A stretch of 63,217 bases of DNA, filler included, from an uncultured bacterium (GCA_964543655.1; 4 parts of 4 records of this genome joined end to end with filler, not necessarily neighbours in it); one strand, 5' to 3'. Positions 1 through 10,291 are shown, counted from the whole stretch's first letter. The notes: generated by a model from the letters alone, not told the origin. Made by a program: numbers and translations.

Positions 1-21
1 AAATACAAATATGAGATAATT

Positions 22-91
22 AAATCCTAATACCAAAATTCGAAATCCGAAATAAATTAGTCATTAGTCGATAGTCTTTAGTCGTTAGTGG
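22..91 (+). repeat. Degenerate heptamer tandem repeats (STRR-like)
   Basis: aaatcct aatacca aaattcg aaatccg (22-49) and ttagtca ttagtcg atagtct ttagtcg ttagtgg (57-91). Confidence 0.7.
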
Positions 92-205
92 TTAATAGTT
101 ATTAGTTGTTATTCCTGGTTATTAATAGTAATTCTTTGTAACTGTTAATGGTTATTTTTAGTAATGTTAGGATTTGGTAATGATTAATGTTGATGAAATT
201 AAATT

Positions 206-378
206 ATACAAAACCAATTTTAAAGCAAGGGATTTTTCTTGGTGAAGCCCTTAAATAGTTTACAGTTATCGGTTCAAAGTTCAAAGTTTTTGAAATATTA
301 TAGATGTTATTTCAAATTAAAAAGCTTATAAGAACATTTTTAAAAAATTGCTGTTGGATTTTGTATTTGGTTTTATAT
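206..378. mobile_element. MITE-like element family B, copy 1
   Basis: Imperfect TIRs ATACAAAACCAA (206-217) / TTGGTTTTATAT (367-378). 243-328 is an exact reverse complement of 22771-22856. The whole unit is homologous (inverted) to 49669-49857. Confidence 0.7.
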
Positions 379-432
379 TTAGTGGTTAGTTATTTTGGTG
401 GATGGTGATTTGTTAATAACAAATAATAAATT

Positions 433-1404
433 TTAAAATTCAATATGTTGTAATAATTCTTGACAACTTACTGTTGCTGTGCCAATTTTGGCAACAACTA
501 TTCCAGCAGCAATATTTGCAATTTTTGCAGCATCGATAATGTCAATGTCAAGAGCCATTGCCATAGTTATTATACTAATAACAGTATCTCCAGCACCAGT
601 TACATCATAGACTTCTTTAGCAACTGTGGGAATATGAGTGTAATCATCTCTATTTTTATGAAAAATTGCCATTCCATGTTCACCAAGAGTAATAACAAGA
701 TAATCTGATTGGAATTTTTTTAATAATTTCTTTCCAGCTCTGTTTAAGCTGGAAAGAGAGATTTTCCTATTAATAGCAAAGCTTGCTTCATTTAAGTTTG
801 GTGTTAGCAATGTTGGCTGCTTATAGATTGACATATTAATCTGTTTTGGATCTATGCTAAAAATTTTTCTGTTTTCCTTAATAATTTTAATTAATTCTCT
901 ATAAAAAGCCGTAGATACTATACCTTTACCATAGTCTGATAAAATTACGCCATCATAGTTTTTTATATTATCGCCAATAAATTCTATGATTTTTTTTATA
1001 GTTTTTCTATTAATTTTTTTTAAATTTTCTCTATCTACTCTAACAATTTGTTGCTTTTGGCCAATCACTCTTGTTTTAACAATAGTAGAAAAATTTTCAT
1101 CAATTATTATTCCATCTTTTCCTATATTTTTCCTTTTAAAAATATCCAAAATTTGCTCTCCAAATAAGTCATTGCCAAGTATTCCACATATATCTGCTTT
1201 AGCTGAAAGTGATAAAATATTATTTAAAACATTTGCAGCACCACCAAGAGTATAATTCTCTTTTGTAACCTTAACAACTGGCACTGGGGCTTCTGGTGAA
1301 ATTCTTTCAACCTCTCCCCATATAAACCTATCGAGCATTATATCTCCAATAACCAGAATTTTTACATTTGGAAAATTTTTGATTAATTGTTTAATATCAG
1401 CCAT
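433..1404 (-). CDS. rfaE1: D-glycero-beta-D-manno-heptose-7-phosphate kinase (RfaE domain I, PfkB family)
   Basis: GDIMLD, RISPEAPVPV, GGAANV, DVTGAGDT motifs. Confidence 0.93.
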   Translation of the reverse strand: MADIKQLIKNFPNVKILVIGDIMLDRFIWGEVERISPEAPVPVVKVTKENYTLGGAANVLNNILSLSAKADICGILGNDLFGEQILDIFKRKNIGKDGIIIDENFSTIVKTRVIGQKQQIVRVDRENLKKINRKTIKKIIEFIGDNIKNYDGVILSDYGKGIVSTAFYRELIKIIKENRKIFSIDPKQINMSIYKQPTLLTPNLNEASFAINRKISLSSLNRAGKKLLKKFQSDYLVITLGEHGMAIFHKNRDDYTHIPTVAKEVYDVTGAGDTVISIITMAMALDIDIIDAAKIANIAAGIVVAKIGTATVSCQELLQHIEF

Positions 1405-2114
1405 TATTGCTCCATAAAAAGGTATTTTTTTACTTCTTCTGTGTAAACCTTATTCATTTTATCTTCATAGATGATTAACGGTTTTTCTATAATAAAATTT
1501 TTACATTGTTGGTTGGTGAGATGATACATAACAAGAACCGCATTTTCAGAGATAGTTGAATGGACGAACCTTATTCTTCTAATATATAACCTATTTTCAC
1601 AAATTTTATTAAATGCAAAGTAGCACCTATTTGCAGGATAAATAAAATATATGCTACCTATGTTTTTTAGAAAAGTTTTTGATCTTTTTAAAAATTTTTC
1701 AAGGTTAAATGCAATTTCATGTTTAGCAAGGTTTTTTTCATTATTTGCTGAGCATTTGCCACAACTTAATGGATAGTAAGGTGGATTTGTTAAAATTATA
1801 TCAAAACTATTTTTCTCAAATGAATGATAAAAAAAATCACCATTTACAAAATTAATATTAAATTTGTTAAGCTCACTATTTTTCAGAGATTGTTTAAAAA
1901 GCTTTTCCTGAATTTCTATACCGGTAATATGTAGAGAAGGATATTTTTCTTTCAAAATAATTGATATAATTCCGTCTCCACTACCAACATCAAGAATAGA
2001 ATCATCCTCTTTTGGTCTGATAAAATTAGCAATAAGAACAGAATCGATATTGTGTCTGTAACCTTTTTTGCTCTGTACAAATAATAAATGACCTAACGTT
2101 GTTAGCTCACTCAA
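1404..2114 (-). CDS. tRNA1(Val) A37 N6-methyltransferase-like SAM methyltransferase (YfiC family)
   Basis: LDVGSGDG SAM motif, NPPYY motif IV, AKHEI. Confidence 0.8.
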   Translation of the reverse strand: MSELTTLGHLLFVQSKKGYRHNIDSVLIANFIRPKEDDSILDVGSGDGIISIILKEKYPSLHITGIEIQEKLFKQSLKNSELNKFNINFVNGDFFYHSFEKNSFDIILTNPPYYPLSCGKCSANNEKNLAKHEIAFNLEKFLKRSKTFLKNIGSIYFIYPANRCYFAFNKICENRLYIRRIRFVHSTISENAVLVMYHLTNQQCKNFIIEKPLIIYEDKMNKVYTEEVKKYLFMEQ

Positions 2115-3387
2115 TTTTATAAATCACCAGTCCTGTAATTAATTTCGGGTAAAAGTAAGTTGATTTTTGTGGCATTTTTTTACCTGAAAGAGCTATTTTT
2201 TTTACCTGTTCCATTTTTGTTGGATTAAGAATAAAAAAGCCTTTTAAATAACCTTGCTCAACAAGTTTAATGCCATATTCAACATCTTTAATATATTCAA
2301 TTTTTACTTTATTATCAAGATCCTGTTGGGTGATTTCAAAATATTTCTCAAGAATGAAATTTTGTAAAATCTGAACATCAAGTGACTCTATTTCATTTAA
2401 TTTTTCTTTTATTATGTTATTAAATTTTAAATAAAAAAATTTGTTATTGCCAGAATAAAAGATAAAAACAGTAAAATTGTCTTTCTCCTTTTCAAGTTTT
2501 TGCATAAAATCATTCAATTCTTTTTTATAAAATATTTCTATTTCAAAGAAATTTTCAATTACTGAAACAAATTCGTCCAATTTAAATTCAACATCTTTTA
2601 CACCTCTATGTGTGGGAAGTATAAGGAGGTCATTATTTTCAATTGGAGAGAAATACATCATAACATAATCGTAAGGCTGCTCATTTGCAGGGTAGTTATC
2701 TAATTTTCTTCTGTAATTTCTATATGCAAGAGCTGTTTCATATCTGTGATGTCCATCTGCAATAAAAATTTTTTTATTAAGCATTAAAGATTTAAGCTTT
2801 TCTATTTCAGATATGTCTGTTATTTTCCACAATTTGTAATTTTTATTGTCATAATTTATTTCAATAAATGGATTATTGCTGCTATATTTCTGTAATATTT
2901 CAAGTGTTTCTGATTTTTCATCAGAATATACAGAGAAGATTTGACTAAAGTTACATTTGCATGCTTTGGTAAGGTTAAGCCTGTCAGCTTTGGGTCCTGA
3001 CATTGTTTTCTCATGGGGCAAGATATTCCCTTTATGAAAATCTTCCAATTTGGTAAGAGAAATAAAACCTTTTCTAACCTTTTCCTGATTATTTACAGAA
3101 AATTTTTCTTCAAGATAATATATAGAGTCGTCTTTATCCTGAATTAAAATCTGTTCTTTAAGCCAGTTTTCAAGATATTCTTTTGCTCTTGTGTATTTAT
3201 TGTTATTTTCATTATCCTCTATGGATTCTTTGCCAAGTATGAGCCTTACAATGTTGTAAGGTGATAAATTATAGAAATGTTCCTGCTCCTCAGCTGATAT
3301 TACATCGTATGGTGGAGTAACATTTTTGCTAATATCTACTTTTTCTTTATTAAAAAATAATCCTTTAAATGATTTTATTTCTGGCAT
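2107..3387 (-). CDS. DUF1015 family protein
   Basis: PPYDVIS, PHEKT, IADGHHRY, PTHR, MPQKSTYFYPKL motifs. Confidence 0.9.
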   Translation of the reverse strand: MPEIKSFKGLFFNKEKVDISKNVTPPYDVISAEEQEHFYNLSPYNIVRLILGKESIEDNENNNKYTRAKEYLENWLKEQILIQDKDDSIYYLEEKFSVNNQEKVRKGFISLTKLEDFHKGNILPHEKTMSGPKADRLNLTKACKCNFSQIFSVYSDEKSETLEILQKYSSNNPFIEINYDNKNYKLWKITDISEIEKLKSLMLNKKIFIADGHHRYETALAYRNYRRKLDNYPANEQPYDYVMMYFSPIENNDLLILPTHRGVKDVEFKLDEFVSVIENFFEIEIFYKKELNDFMQKLEKEKDNFTVFIFYSGNNKFFYLKFNNIIKEKLNEIESLDVQILQNFILEKYFEITQQDLDNKVKIEYIKDVEYGIKLVEQGYLKGFFILNPTKMEQVKKIALSGKKMPQKSTYFYPKLITGLVIYKIE

Positions 3388-4253
3388 ATTATATCCTTTA
3401 ATAAATCTTTAATCTCTTTTAAATCAATTTGTTTATCCCTGATTTCAGTAATTTTTATAGCTTCTTCTGATAAATACCTGTATAAAAGGAGATGGTCATT
3501 ATCATAATTTTTTAAAGCTTGCAAATGTCTTTTTACTGTTTTTGTGTCCCCTCTTGAAATGGGACCAGTTAAAGAATCAATAAAGCCAAGATTAGTTATA
3601 TTATTAACAGTACCTTTGATAAGAGGTAAGGTTATATGTAAAATATCGTCCTCATTTACACCTATTTTTTTAAAAATAGAATATGCAGCAAAAGTTGTTG
3701 CATTTATAAAGTTAGATGCAAAAACAGCTGCTGCATGGTATAATGACTTGTGTTCTGGAGCTATTGTAAAATATTTATTGCTTATCTCAGAAATAATCAT
3801 TTTTGAAATTTCAACAGCTTCTTTATCACCCTCAAGGCAGAAGTAGGAGGTTTTCAAATTTTTTGCACCTTCACTGTATGAAGGTAAAGCCTGAAGTGGA
3901 TGAATAGAACCTATAAATCCACCTTTATTTTTTAGGGAAGATAAAATTGTAGAAGGTCTTGAACCACTTAGATGGAAAAAATATTTCCCTTTAACTTTAT
4001 CTGATTTAGAGAGTTCATTGGCAATTGATTCAATAATATCATCAGGTGTGGAAATAAAAACAATTTCCCCATATTCAATTGCTTTTAAATTGTCTGTTGA
4101 AATAAAATCTACATTACCAATAAAATGTGCGCTTTCCTTTGCTTCTTGCTCTGTAATGCATGTAATTGCTTTAATAGAAAACTTGCTACTTGCCTGTATA
4201 TTTTTGGCAATTGATGTTCCTGCTCTACCGCCTCCAATAATTACAACATTCAT
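3375..4253 (-). CDS. Rossmann-like + DUF2520 oxidoreductase (PanG-like putative ketopantoate reductase)
   Basis: IIGGGRAG, HLSG, HPLQ, YHAAAVFASN, LTGPISRGD motifs. Confidence 0.85.
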   Translation of the reverse strand: MNVVIIGGGRAGTSIAKNIQASSKFSIKAITCITEQEAKESAHFIGNVDFISTDNLKAIEYGEIVFISTPDDIIESIANELSKSDKVKGKYFFHLSGSRPSTILSSLKNKGGFIGSIHPLQALPSYSEGAKNLKTSYFCLEGDKEAVEISKMIISEISNKYFTIAPEHKSLYHAAAVFASNFINATTFAAYSIFKKIGVNEDDILHITLPLIKGTVNNITNLGFIDSLTGPISRGDTKTVKRHLQALKNYDNDHLLLYRYLSEEAIKITEIRDKQIDLKEIKDLLKDIICQK

Positions 4254-4256
4254 ATT

Positions 4257-4496
4257 TTACCTTTCTTTTTTATGACATAATAAACATCTATATTTTGGTG
4301 GATGTTTTTTAGGAAGCTGCTTATGACAATCCTCACAATATTTCTCTGCTTCTCTTTTGCTCATTGAGTAAAATTTTTTATGATCCCTATTATTTGGCAA
4401 AAGAGGAGTGGTGGGCTTTGGTGCATTAAGCAGCACAACAATAATTGCAATAGAGCATATTAAAAAAATAATGTTGAAAAGTTTCTTTTTATCCAT
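4257..4496 (-). CDS. Small membrane-anchored diheme c-type cytochrome
   Basis: N-terminal hydrophobic helix; two CxxCH motifs (CEDCH, CLLCH). Confidence 0.75.
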   Translation of the reverse strand: MDKKKLFNIIFLICSIAIIVVLLNAPKPTTPLLPNNRDHKKFYSMSKREAEKYCEDCHKQLPKKHPPKYRCLLCHKKER

Positions 4497-4498
4497 GG

Positions 4499-5290
4499 CT
4501 ACTCTTTATATCTAAACCTGTCTATTGTCAATGATTTTCCTGAGTTAATATCAATAGTTAAGATAACTCCCTGAATCTCTTTTCTACCTTGATTCTTTAT
4601 TTCAAATCTTTTTGGCATCTGTGTAAGATACCTTTCTATAACATTTTTTTCACCAAAACCTATAACTGAATCAACATTACCAGTCCTTCCAGCATCAGTA
4701 ATGTAAGCAGTGCCTTCATTTGATACTTTTTCATCAGCTGTTTGAACATGTGTATGGGTGCCTAAAAGCGCTGAAACCCTGCCATTTAAATAGAAAAACA
4801 TAGCCTCTTTTTCAGAAGTTGATTCTGCATGGAAATCAACTATTGTAATTTTGCTGCTATTGTTTGATAAAAAATTGTCTATACTTTTAAATGGACAATC
4901 AACACAATCTTTCATTAAAGCTCTACCAAGAAGGTTTATTACAGTGATGCTTGTATCATACCTGTTGATTGTAATAAATCCTTTACCAGGAACTTGCTCA
5001 GGATAATTTAACGGCCTCAAAAGATTGGGATAATTTAATATAACATTTTCAGCTTCTTTTTTATCCCAGATATGATTTCCAGAAGTGTAAATATCAATAG
5101 CACCAAGATTATTTATTTCATTTAAAGTTTTAGCTGTTATCCCAAATCCACCTGCAAGGTTTTCAATGTTTGCAATAATCATATCTAAAGAAAGTAGATT
5201 TTTTATATTAACTATGTTTTTCTTTATTATATTTCTGCCTGGTTTCCCAATAATATCAGCAATAAATAGTATTCTTAGATATTTTTTCAT
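4499..5290 (-). CDS. YmdB-family metallophosphoesterase
   Basis: DIIG, NIEN, SGNHIWD, DFHAESTSEK, GTHTHVQTAD motifs; start taken at ATG 5290 rather than TTG 5311. Confidence 0.9.
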   Translation of the reverse strand: MKKYLRILFIADIIGKPGRNIIKKNIVNIKNLLSLDMIIANIENLAGGFGITAKTLNEINNLGAIDIYTSGNHIWDKKEAENVILNYPNLLRPLNYPEQVPGKGFITINRYDTSITVINLLGRALMKDCVDCPFKSIDNFLSNNSSKITIVDFHAESTSEKEAMFFYLNGRVSALLGTHTHVQTADEKVSNEGTAYITDAGRTGNVDSVIGFGEKNVIERYLTQMPKRFEIKNQGRKEIQGVILTIDINSGKSLTIDRFRYKE

Positions 5291-5329
5291 AATAAAAGGA
5301 AAATATAACAAATTGAAAATAAAAGCAAG

Positions 5330-5508
5330 TACAAGTAGTAGAAATTAAAATATGAATAATAAATGCTCTACATAATAAAAATTAGCAAAATTTTATATGC
5401 AAAAATATTACAATTTTCTACTTGAAATGACATTTGTAATATTCTTAAATTATTGTTATTTATGTGTCTTTCAATGTTGAACTATAAACTTTGAGCTATA
5501 AACTTGTA
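5330..5508. repeat. Intergenic repeat family C, possible MITE
   Basis: Ends TACAAGT/ACTTGTA; 5412-5509 is homologous to 61187-61284; internal heptamers gttgaac tataaac tttgagc tataaac. Confidence 0.55.
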
Positions 5509-5514
5509 TTATAA

Positions 5515-6477
5515 TTATTTTAAAATTTCAATTAGTGTGCAGATAGTAAAAACTATATTAATTGCAAAAAAGATATATATTTTGTTAATTCTATAAAAAT
5601 AAATCAAAAAAAATGTGTAGAATAAAGGGATTATAATTCCAGCGAAAATAGGGGGGATATAAGTTAGCAAAAATTGGATGCTTGCAAAATACCATGGAGC
5701 TTTTAATATTTCTGGAATTGCACCTGAATTTGCATTTTCAAGAAGTGGATAAAAGTTAAAACTAAATGATAATAGTGACAGAATTGTTATGATTATTAAT
5801 AAAACTATAATTTCTCTTTCATAAAGTTTTGAAACAGGCACCTTTTCTCTTTTATTTTCCACTTTTACACCATTTGCTTTTCTAATTAAGTAAAAATGGT
5901 TCATTAGTAAAAAGGTAAAAATAATTGGTAGTATAACAACATGGTAAGTATAAAATCTCATAAGTGTCATACTATCAATTGTTTTACTCCCAGAAAGTAT
6001 TATTCTCAGTTTGTTGCCAATAAATGGAATATGGTTAATCAGGTTAAGCACAATTGTTGCTCCCCAATAGCTAACTGAATCCCAGGGTAAAAGATAACCT
6101 GAAAAGTTAAATAAGAATAAAAGGAGAAAGAGTATCACACCAATTTTCCAGTTTGCAATTCTATACTTATTGTTGAAAATTTTTTTTAATAAAACCCTTA
6201 ACATGTGAAAAAAAGCAAAAATTATCATAAGGTCACCAGATAATCTGTGTATATTCCTTAAAAATTTTCCATAGGGAATAATATTTATAATTCTTTTCAT
6301 ACTGATATATGCATAATCAGGATAAGGAATGTAAAAGAACATGAGTAATATTCCAGAGATAATTAGAATAACGTAGAGGATAGTTAAAATTCCGCCAAGA
6401 CCAAAGGTGTTACTTATTTTTATAGCATCAGAATATATGAACCGTGGCCTAATATGTGTTAAGAATTTTTTAACCAT
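5515..6477 (-). CDS. petB: Cytochrome b/b6 subunit of a Rieske/cytochrome b complex
   Basis: Four heme His (RNIHR, FFHML, TYHV, MNHF), GYLLPWD, APWY (PEWY variant), multiple TM helices. Confidence 0.85.
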   Translation of the reverse strand: MVKKFLTHIRPRFIYSDAIKISNTFGLGGILTILYVILIISGILLMFFYIPYPDYAYISMKRIINIIPYGKFLRNIHRLSGDLMIIFAFFHMLRVLLKKIFNNKYRIANWKIGVILFLLLFLFNFSGYLLPWDSVSYWGATIVLNLINHIPFIGNKLRIILSGSKTIDSMTLMRFYTYHVVILPIIFTFLLMNHFYLIRKANGVKVENKREKVPVSKLYEREIIVLLIIITILSLLSFSFNFYPLLENANSGAIPEILKAPWYFASIQFLLTYIPPIFAGIIIPLFYTFFLIYFYRINKIYIFFAINIVFTICTLIEILK

Positions 6478-6866
6478 ACTGTTAATCTGTTATTTTTTTT
6501 TATGAACTTAACCTGTTTAAGATTTATTTTTGCTGGTCCTCTTAAAACTTTACCATAAATATTAAAAGCACTTTGATGACATGGACATTCAAAAATATTT
6601 AGCCTTTCATTCCACTTCACTGTGCAACCAAGGTGAGTGCAAATTGTGGATAAAATGTAAAATTTATTTTTTTGATAAATTACAGCAATTTTTTTATTTT
6701 CAAATTCATTAACACCATGTTTTAAGCTGCTTAAATCAAATGTGTAGATTGAGAATTTTTCTGGGGCAACATTAGATAAAATTTTGTAAAAAAAGAATAG
6801 AAGAGATGAAATAAGTATAAAGATATTTGTAAGAAAAATAAATTTTAAAAATTTTCTTTTTGTCAT
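6459..6866 (-). CDS. Rieske 2Fe-2S protein
   Basis: CTHLGC and CPCH motifs; Tat-like TKRKFLK plus TM helix. Confidence 0.92.
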   Translation of the reverse strand: MTKRKFLKFIFLTNIFILISSLLFFFYKILSNVAPEKFSIYTFDLSSLKHGVNEFENKKIAVIYQKNKFYILSTICTHLGCTVKWNERLNIFECPCHQSAFNIYGKVLRGPAKINLKQVKFIKKNNRLTVWLKNS

Positions 6867-8128
6867 TAAAGCTGCTTTTTTAACATTTTTAAAATTTTAA
6901 ATGCTTCATCTTTTGTTGTGATATTATCCCTGAAAATGTGAAACCTAACATTTTTTAAAAGCTTTCCAATTATTTCGCCCTGTTTTACTCCTTGAGCAAT
7001 AATATCTTTGCCTGTTATTACATTGAAAATAAATTCTTTTCTATTTTCAAATTCTCTATGAAAATTTATTAATTTTTCACATACTATATAATATTCAGGC
7101 TGAACAATATTTTTAGTTTTAGCTTCAAATCTTGCAAAGTTTACCATATAAGGAATGATTTCGCTATGCTCAAAAACAATTTTTTTTAAAGTTTTATCCT
7201 TAATGTTATTTAGTGAGATTTGCAATATTTTCATATGATTTTTTATAAGCTCTATTAAAATTTTATGCAACCTGTGAGGCAATTTCAATCTTTTAAAGAT
7301 ATTATCTGCTATTTCAGCAGAAAATTCTGTGTGCATATAATTTGTCTCAGATTTACCAAGATCATGAAAAAGAGCAGCATAACAATAGATAATTTTATCA
7401 AAATTATTCAAATCTTCAGGGATATATTGTAAAATATTGAATGAATGATTTAATACATCAAATTTATGAAATTTTTTTTGAGCCAAACCTTTTATCTTTA
7501 ATAATTCAGGGAATATTTCAAAAATAAGTCCTGTTTTTTCAAGCCATTTAATTAATATATATCTTTTTGGATTGATAAAAATTTTTTCTATTTCATCTCT
7601 AACTCTCTCAACAGCAGCTTTTTTTATTAAACTCTTTTTTGAAACTATCTCTATAAAACATTTTTTATGTAGTTTAAAACATAGCTGACCAGCAAGCCTG
7701 ATAGCACGTAACATTCTTATTGGGTCATTATCAAAGCTTTTATTTGAGCATAGTTTTATTAACTTTTTTTCTAAATCTTTTTTACCGTGCAATGGATCAA
7801 TAATTTCATTGTTATCTAATCTCATATAAAGTGCATTTATAGTAAAATCACGTCTCAAAGCATCTTCTTCTATTGTTCCACACATTAGTGTAATGTCTAT
7901 ATAATCTTTTTTATTAATAACAGTTCGCAGTGTAGGAGGAAATTGTTTGCCAATTAAAAAACCTTTTTTATTGAAATTTTTTTTAAAAAAAAGTTGTGCT
8001 TCCTTTTGAAATTTATTTTCAGCACATTTAATTACAAAATCATAGTCATTAATGCTTTTTTGGAGGATATAATCTCTAACACTACCACCAACTAAATAGA
8101 TATTTTTAGGTGTGAATTTAAGGTGCAT
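6866..8128 (-). CDS. tRNA nucleotidyltransferase (class II, probably CC-adding) with HD domain
   Basis: VGGSVRD, DYD, [29 protein letters not shown]; flexible loop missing. Confidence 0.85.
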   Translation of the reverse strand: MHLKFTPKNIYLVGGSVRDYILQKSINDYDFVIKCAENKFQKEAQLFFKKNFNKKGFLIGKQFPPTLRTVINKKDYIDITLMCGTIEEDALRRDFTINALYMRLDNNEIIDPLHGKKDLEKKLIKLCSNKSFDNDPIRMLRAIRLAGQLCFKLHKKCFIEIVSKKSLIKKAAVERVRDEIEKIFINPKRYILIKWLEKTGLIFEIFPELLKIKGLAQKKFHKFDVLNHSFNILQYIPEDLNNFDKIIYCYAALFHDLGKSETNYMHTEFSAEIADNIFKRLKLPHRLHKILIELIKNHMKILQISLNNIKDKTLKKIVFEHSEIIPYMVNFARFEAKTKNIVQPEYYIVCEKLINFHREFENRKEFIFNVITGKDIIAQGVKQGEIIGKLLKNVRFHIFRDNITTKDEAFKILKMLKKQL

Positions 8129-8570
8129 TGACTTTGAGATGAATCAATGAAATATCAGTTTCCTTGAGCATTTCAATGCTTAACTCATCATGGTAGGGAT
8201 CTTTGTAAAAGATATTTTTTATCCCTGCATTAATAATCATTTTGGTACAGATAATACAAGGCTGATTTGTGCAATATAGGTCAGCGCCTTTAATAGCAAC
8301 TCCATGGTATGCAGCTTGAATAATAGCATTTTGCTCTGCATGCAACCCCCTGCACAACTCATGCATTTTACCTGAAGGAACTTTTAATTTTTCCCGTAAA
8401 CAGCCAACTTCATTGCAATGTTTTATTCCAGTGGGAACTCCATTGTAGCCAGTTGAAAGAATACGTTTATCTTTAACAATCACAGCGCCAACTTTTCTTC
8501 TAATGCATGTAGAGCGCTGAGAGATTAAAATAGCAATTGACATAAAGTATTCATTCCAGTCAGGTCTCAT
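8118..8570 (-). CDS. dCMP deaminase (cytidine/deoxycytidylate deaminase family)
   Basis: RSTC, GYNG, HAEQNA, PCIIC zinc motif. Confidence 0.93.
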   Translation of the reverse strand: MRPDWNEYFMSIAILISQRSTCIRRKVGAVIVKDKRILSTGYNGVPTGIKHCNEVGCLREKLKVPSGKMHELCRGLHAEQNAIIQAAYHGVAIKGADLYCTNQPCIICTKMIINAGIKNIFYKDPYHDELSIEMLKETDISLIHLKVNAP

Positions 8571-9838
8571 TAAAATTCACATCTTTCAAGTAATTTTTTA
8601 TAATATGGAAATTCTTCACAAATTTTTAATGTCTCTTCTCTAACATCTTTAATAACAGATTCCTTACCTCTGGAGCTTAACACTTTATCAATAATTTCTG
8701 CAATCTTTTTCATATCTGTTTCTTTAAGTCCCCTTGTGGTAACAATAGGAGTGCCTATTCTAATACCACTTGTAACTGTAGGAGGCTTGGTGTCATATGG
8801 TATGGCATTTTTATTCACAGTAATTCCTGCTTTGTCAAGCCAGTCTTGTGCATCAACACCTGTAATTCCTTTGTTAGAAAGATCAATAACAAAGAGATGG
8901 TTATCTGTACCACCAGATACAATATTGTATCCTAAATCAATAAAAGCCTCACAAAGTGCTTTTGAGTTTTTAACAGTTTGAATCTGGTCATTTTTAAAAG
9001 ATTCTGTTTTAGCTTCTTTAAAAGCAACAGCTTTTCCTGCAATAATATTCACAAGTGGACCACCCTGAATCCCGGGGAAAATGGCATAATCTATTTTTTT
9101 AGCATACTCCTCTTTGCACAAAATAAGTCCACCTCTTGGACCCCTTAATGTTTTATGAGTTGTGGATGTAACAAAATCAGCACTTTTAACAGGAGAAGGA
9201 TGTATACCACCAACAATTAATCCTGCAATATGTGCAATATCAGCCATAAAATAAGCATTAACACTTTTGGCTATATTTGAAAATTTTTCAAAATCAATTG
9301 TTCTTGAATATGAGGAGGCACCTGCAATAATAAGTTTAGGTTTTATCTCTTTTGCTAATTTTTCCAGATTATCATAATCAATGAGCCCTGTTTCTTTTTC
9401 TACACCATAGGAGTAAGCTTCAAAAAGTTTTCCTGAAAAATTAATCTTATAACCATGTGTTAAATGACCACCGTGGGCAAGCTCCATTCCTAAAATTTTA
9501 TCATCAGGCTCAAGATGGGAGAAAAGAACAGCCATATTTGCAGAGGAGCCTGAATGAGGTTGAACATTTGCATGTTCAGCACTGAAAAGCTCCTTAGCTC
9601 TTTTTATGGCAAGAGCTTCAACAGTATCAGCATTTTCACAGCCTCCATAATATCTCTTTTCAGGATAACCTTCTGCATATTTATTGGTAAGTACAGAACC
9701 TATAGCTTCAAGCACAGCATAAGAGGTATAATTTTCAGAGGCAATTAAAACAAGTTTTGTTTCTTCTCTTTCAATTTCATTTTTTATTGCTTTTGCCACT
9801 TCAATATCTATTTTAGTTAATTCATTAAATAAAGACAT
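8570..9838 (-). CDS. glyA: Serine hydroxymethyltransferase
   Basis: [33 protein letters not shown]. Confidence 0.98.
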   Translation of the reverse strand: MSLFNELTKIDIEVAKAIKNEIEREETKLVLIASENYTSYAVLEAIGSVLTNKYAEGYPEKRYYGGCENADTVEALAIKRAKELFSAEHANVQPHSGSSANMAVLFSHLEPDDKILGMELAHGGHLTHGYKINFSGKLFEAYSYGVEKETGLIDYDNLEKLAKEIKPKLIIAGASSYSRTIDFEKFSNIAKSVNAYFMADIAHIAGLIVGGIHPSPVKSADFVTSTTHKTLRGPRGGLILCKEEYAKKIDYAIFPGIQGGPLVNIIAGKAVAFKEAKTESFKNDQIQTVKNSKALCEAFIDLGYNIVSGGTDNHLFVIDLSNKGITGVDAQDWLDKAGITVNKNAIPYDTKPPTVTSGIRIGTPIVTTRGLKETDMKKIAEIIDKVLSSRGKESVIKDVREETLKICEEFPYYKKLLERCEF

Positions 9839-9859
9839 TTAAAAAACTCCACTTTTTAA

Positions 9860-10291
9860 TTAAATTGAATCTATCTTGTCTAATCTTTTCTGATGCCTGC
9901 CACCTTCATATTTTTCATTAAGCCAGGCTTTCACAATCTCTTTTGCCACCTCTTTCCCTATAACTCTTCCACCCATTACAAGTATATTGGAATCATTGTG
10001 CTTTCTTGCCATAATAGCACTATAAAGATCATTAGCAAGTGTAGCTCTAATACCCTTAAATCTGTTAGCGGTTATTGACATTCCTATCCCCGTACCACAA
10101 ATCAGGATACCTCTATTAAAAAGATTGTTAATTATATCTTTGCAAAGTGGCTGGGCTATATCAGGATAATCTACTGATTTCTCAGAAAAAGTACCATAAT
10201 CTTTAACATTATAACCTTCTTCTATTAAAAAAGTTTTAATAAACTCCTTTAATTCAAAACCGCCATGATCAGATCCAATTGCTATTTTCAT
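9860..10291 (-). CDS. rpiB: Ribose-5-phosphate isomerase B
   Basis: SDHGG, DYPD, CGTGIG, HNDSN, GGRH. Confidence 0.97.
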   Translation of the reverse strand: MKIAIGSDHGGFELKEFIKTFLIEEGYNVKDYGTFSEKSVDYPDIAQPLCKDIINNLFNRGILICGTGIGMSITANRFKGIRATLANDLYSAIMARKHNDSNILVMGGRVIGKEVAKEIVKAWLNEKYEGGRHQKRLDKIDSI

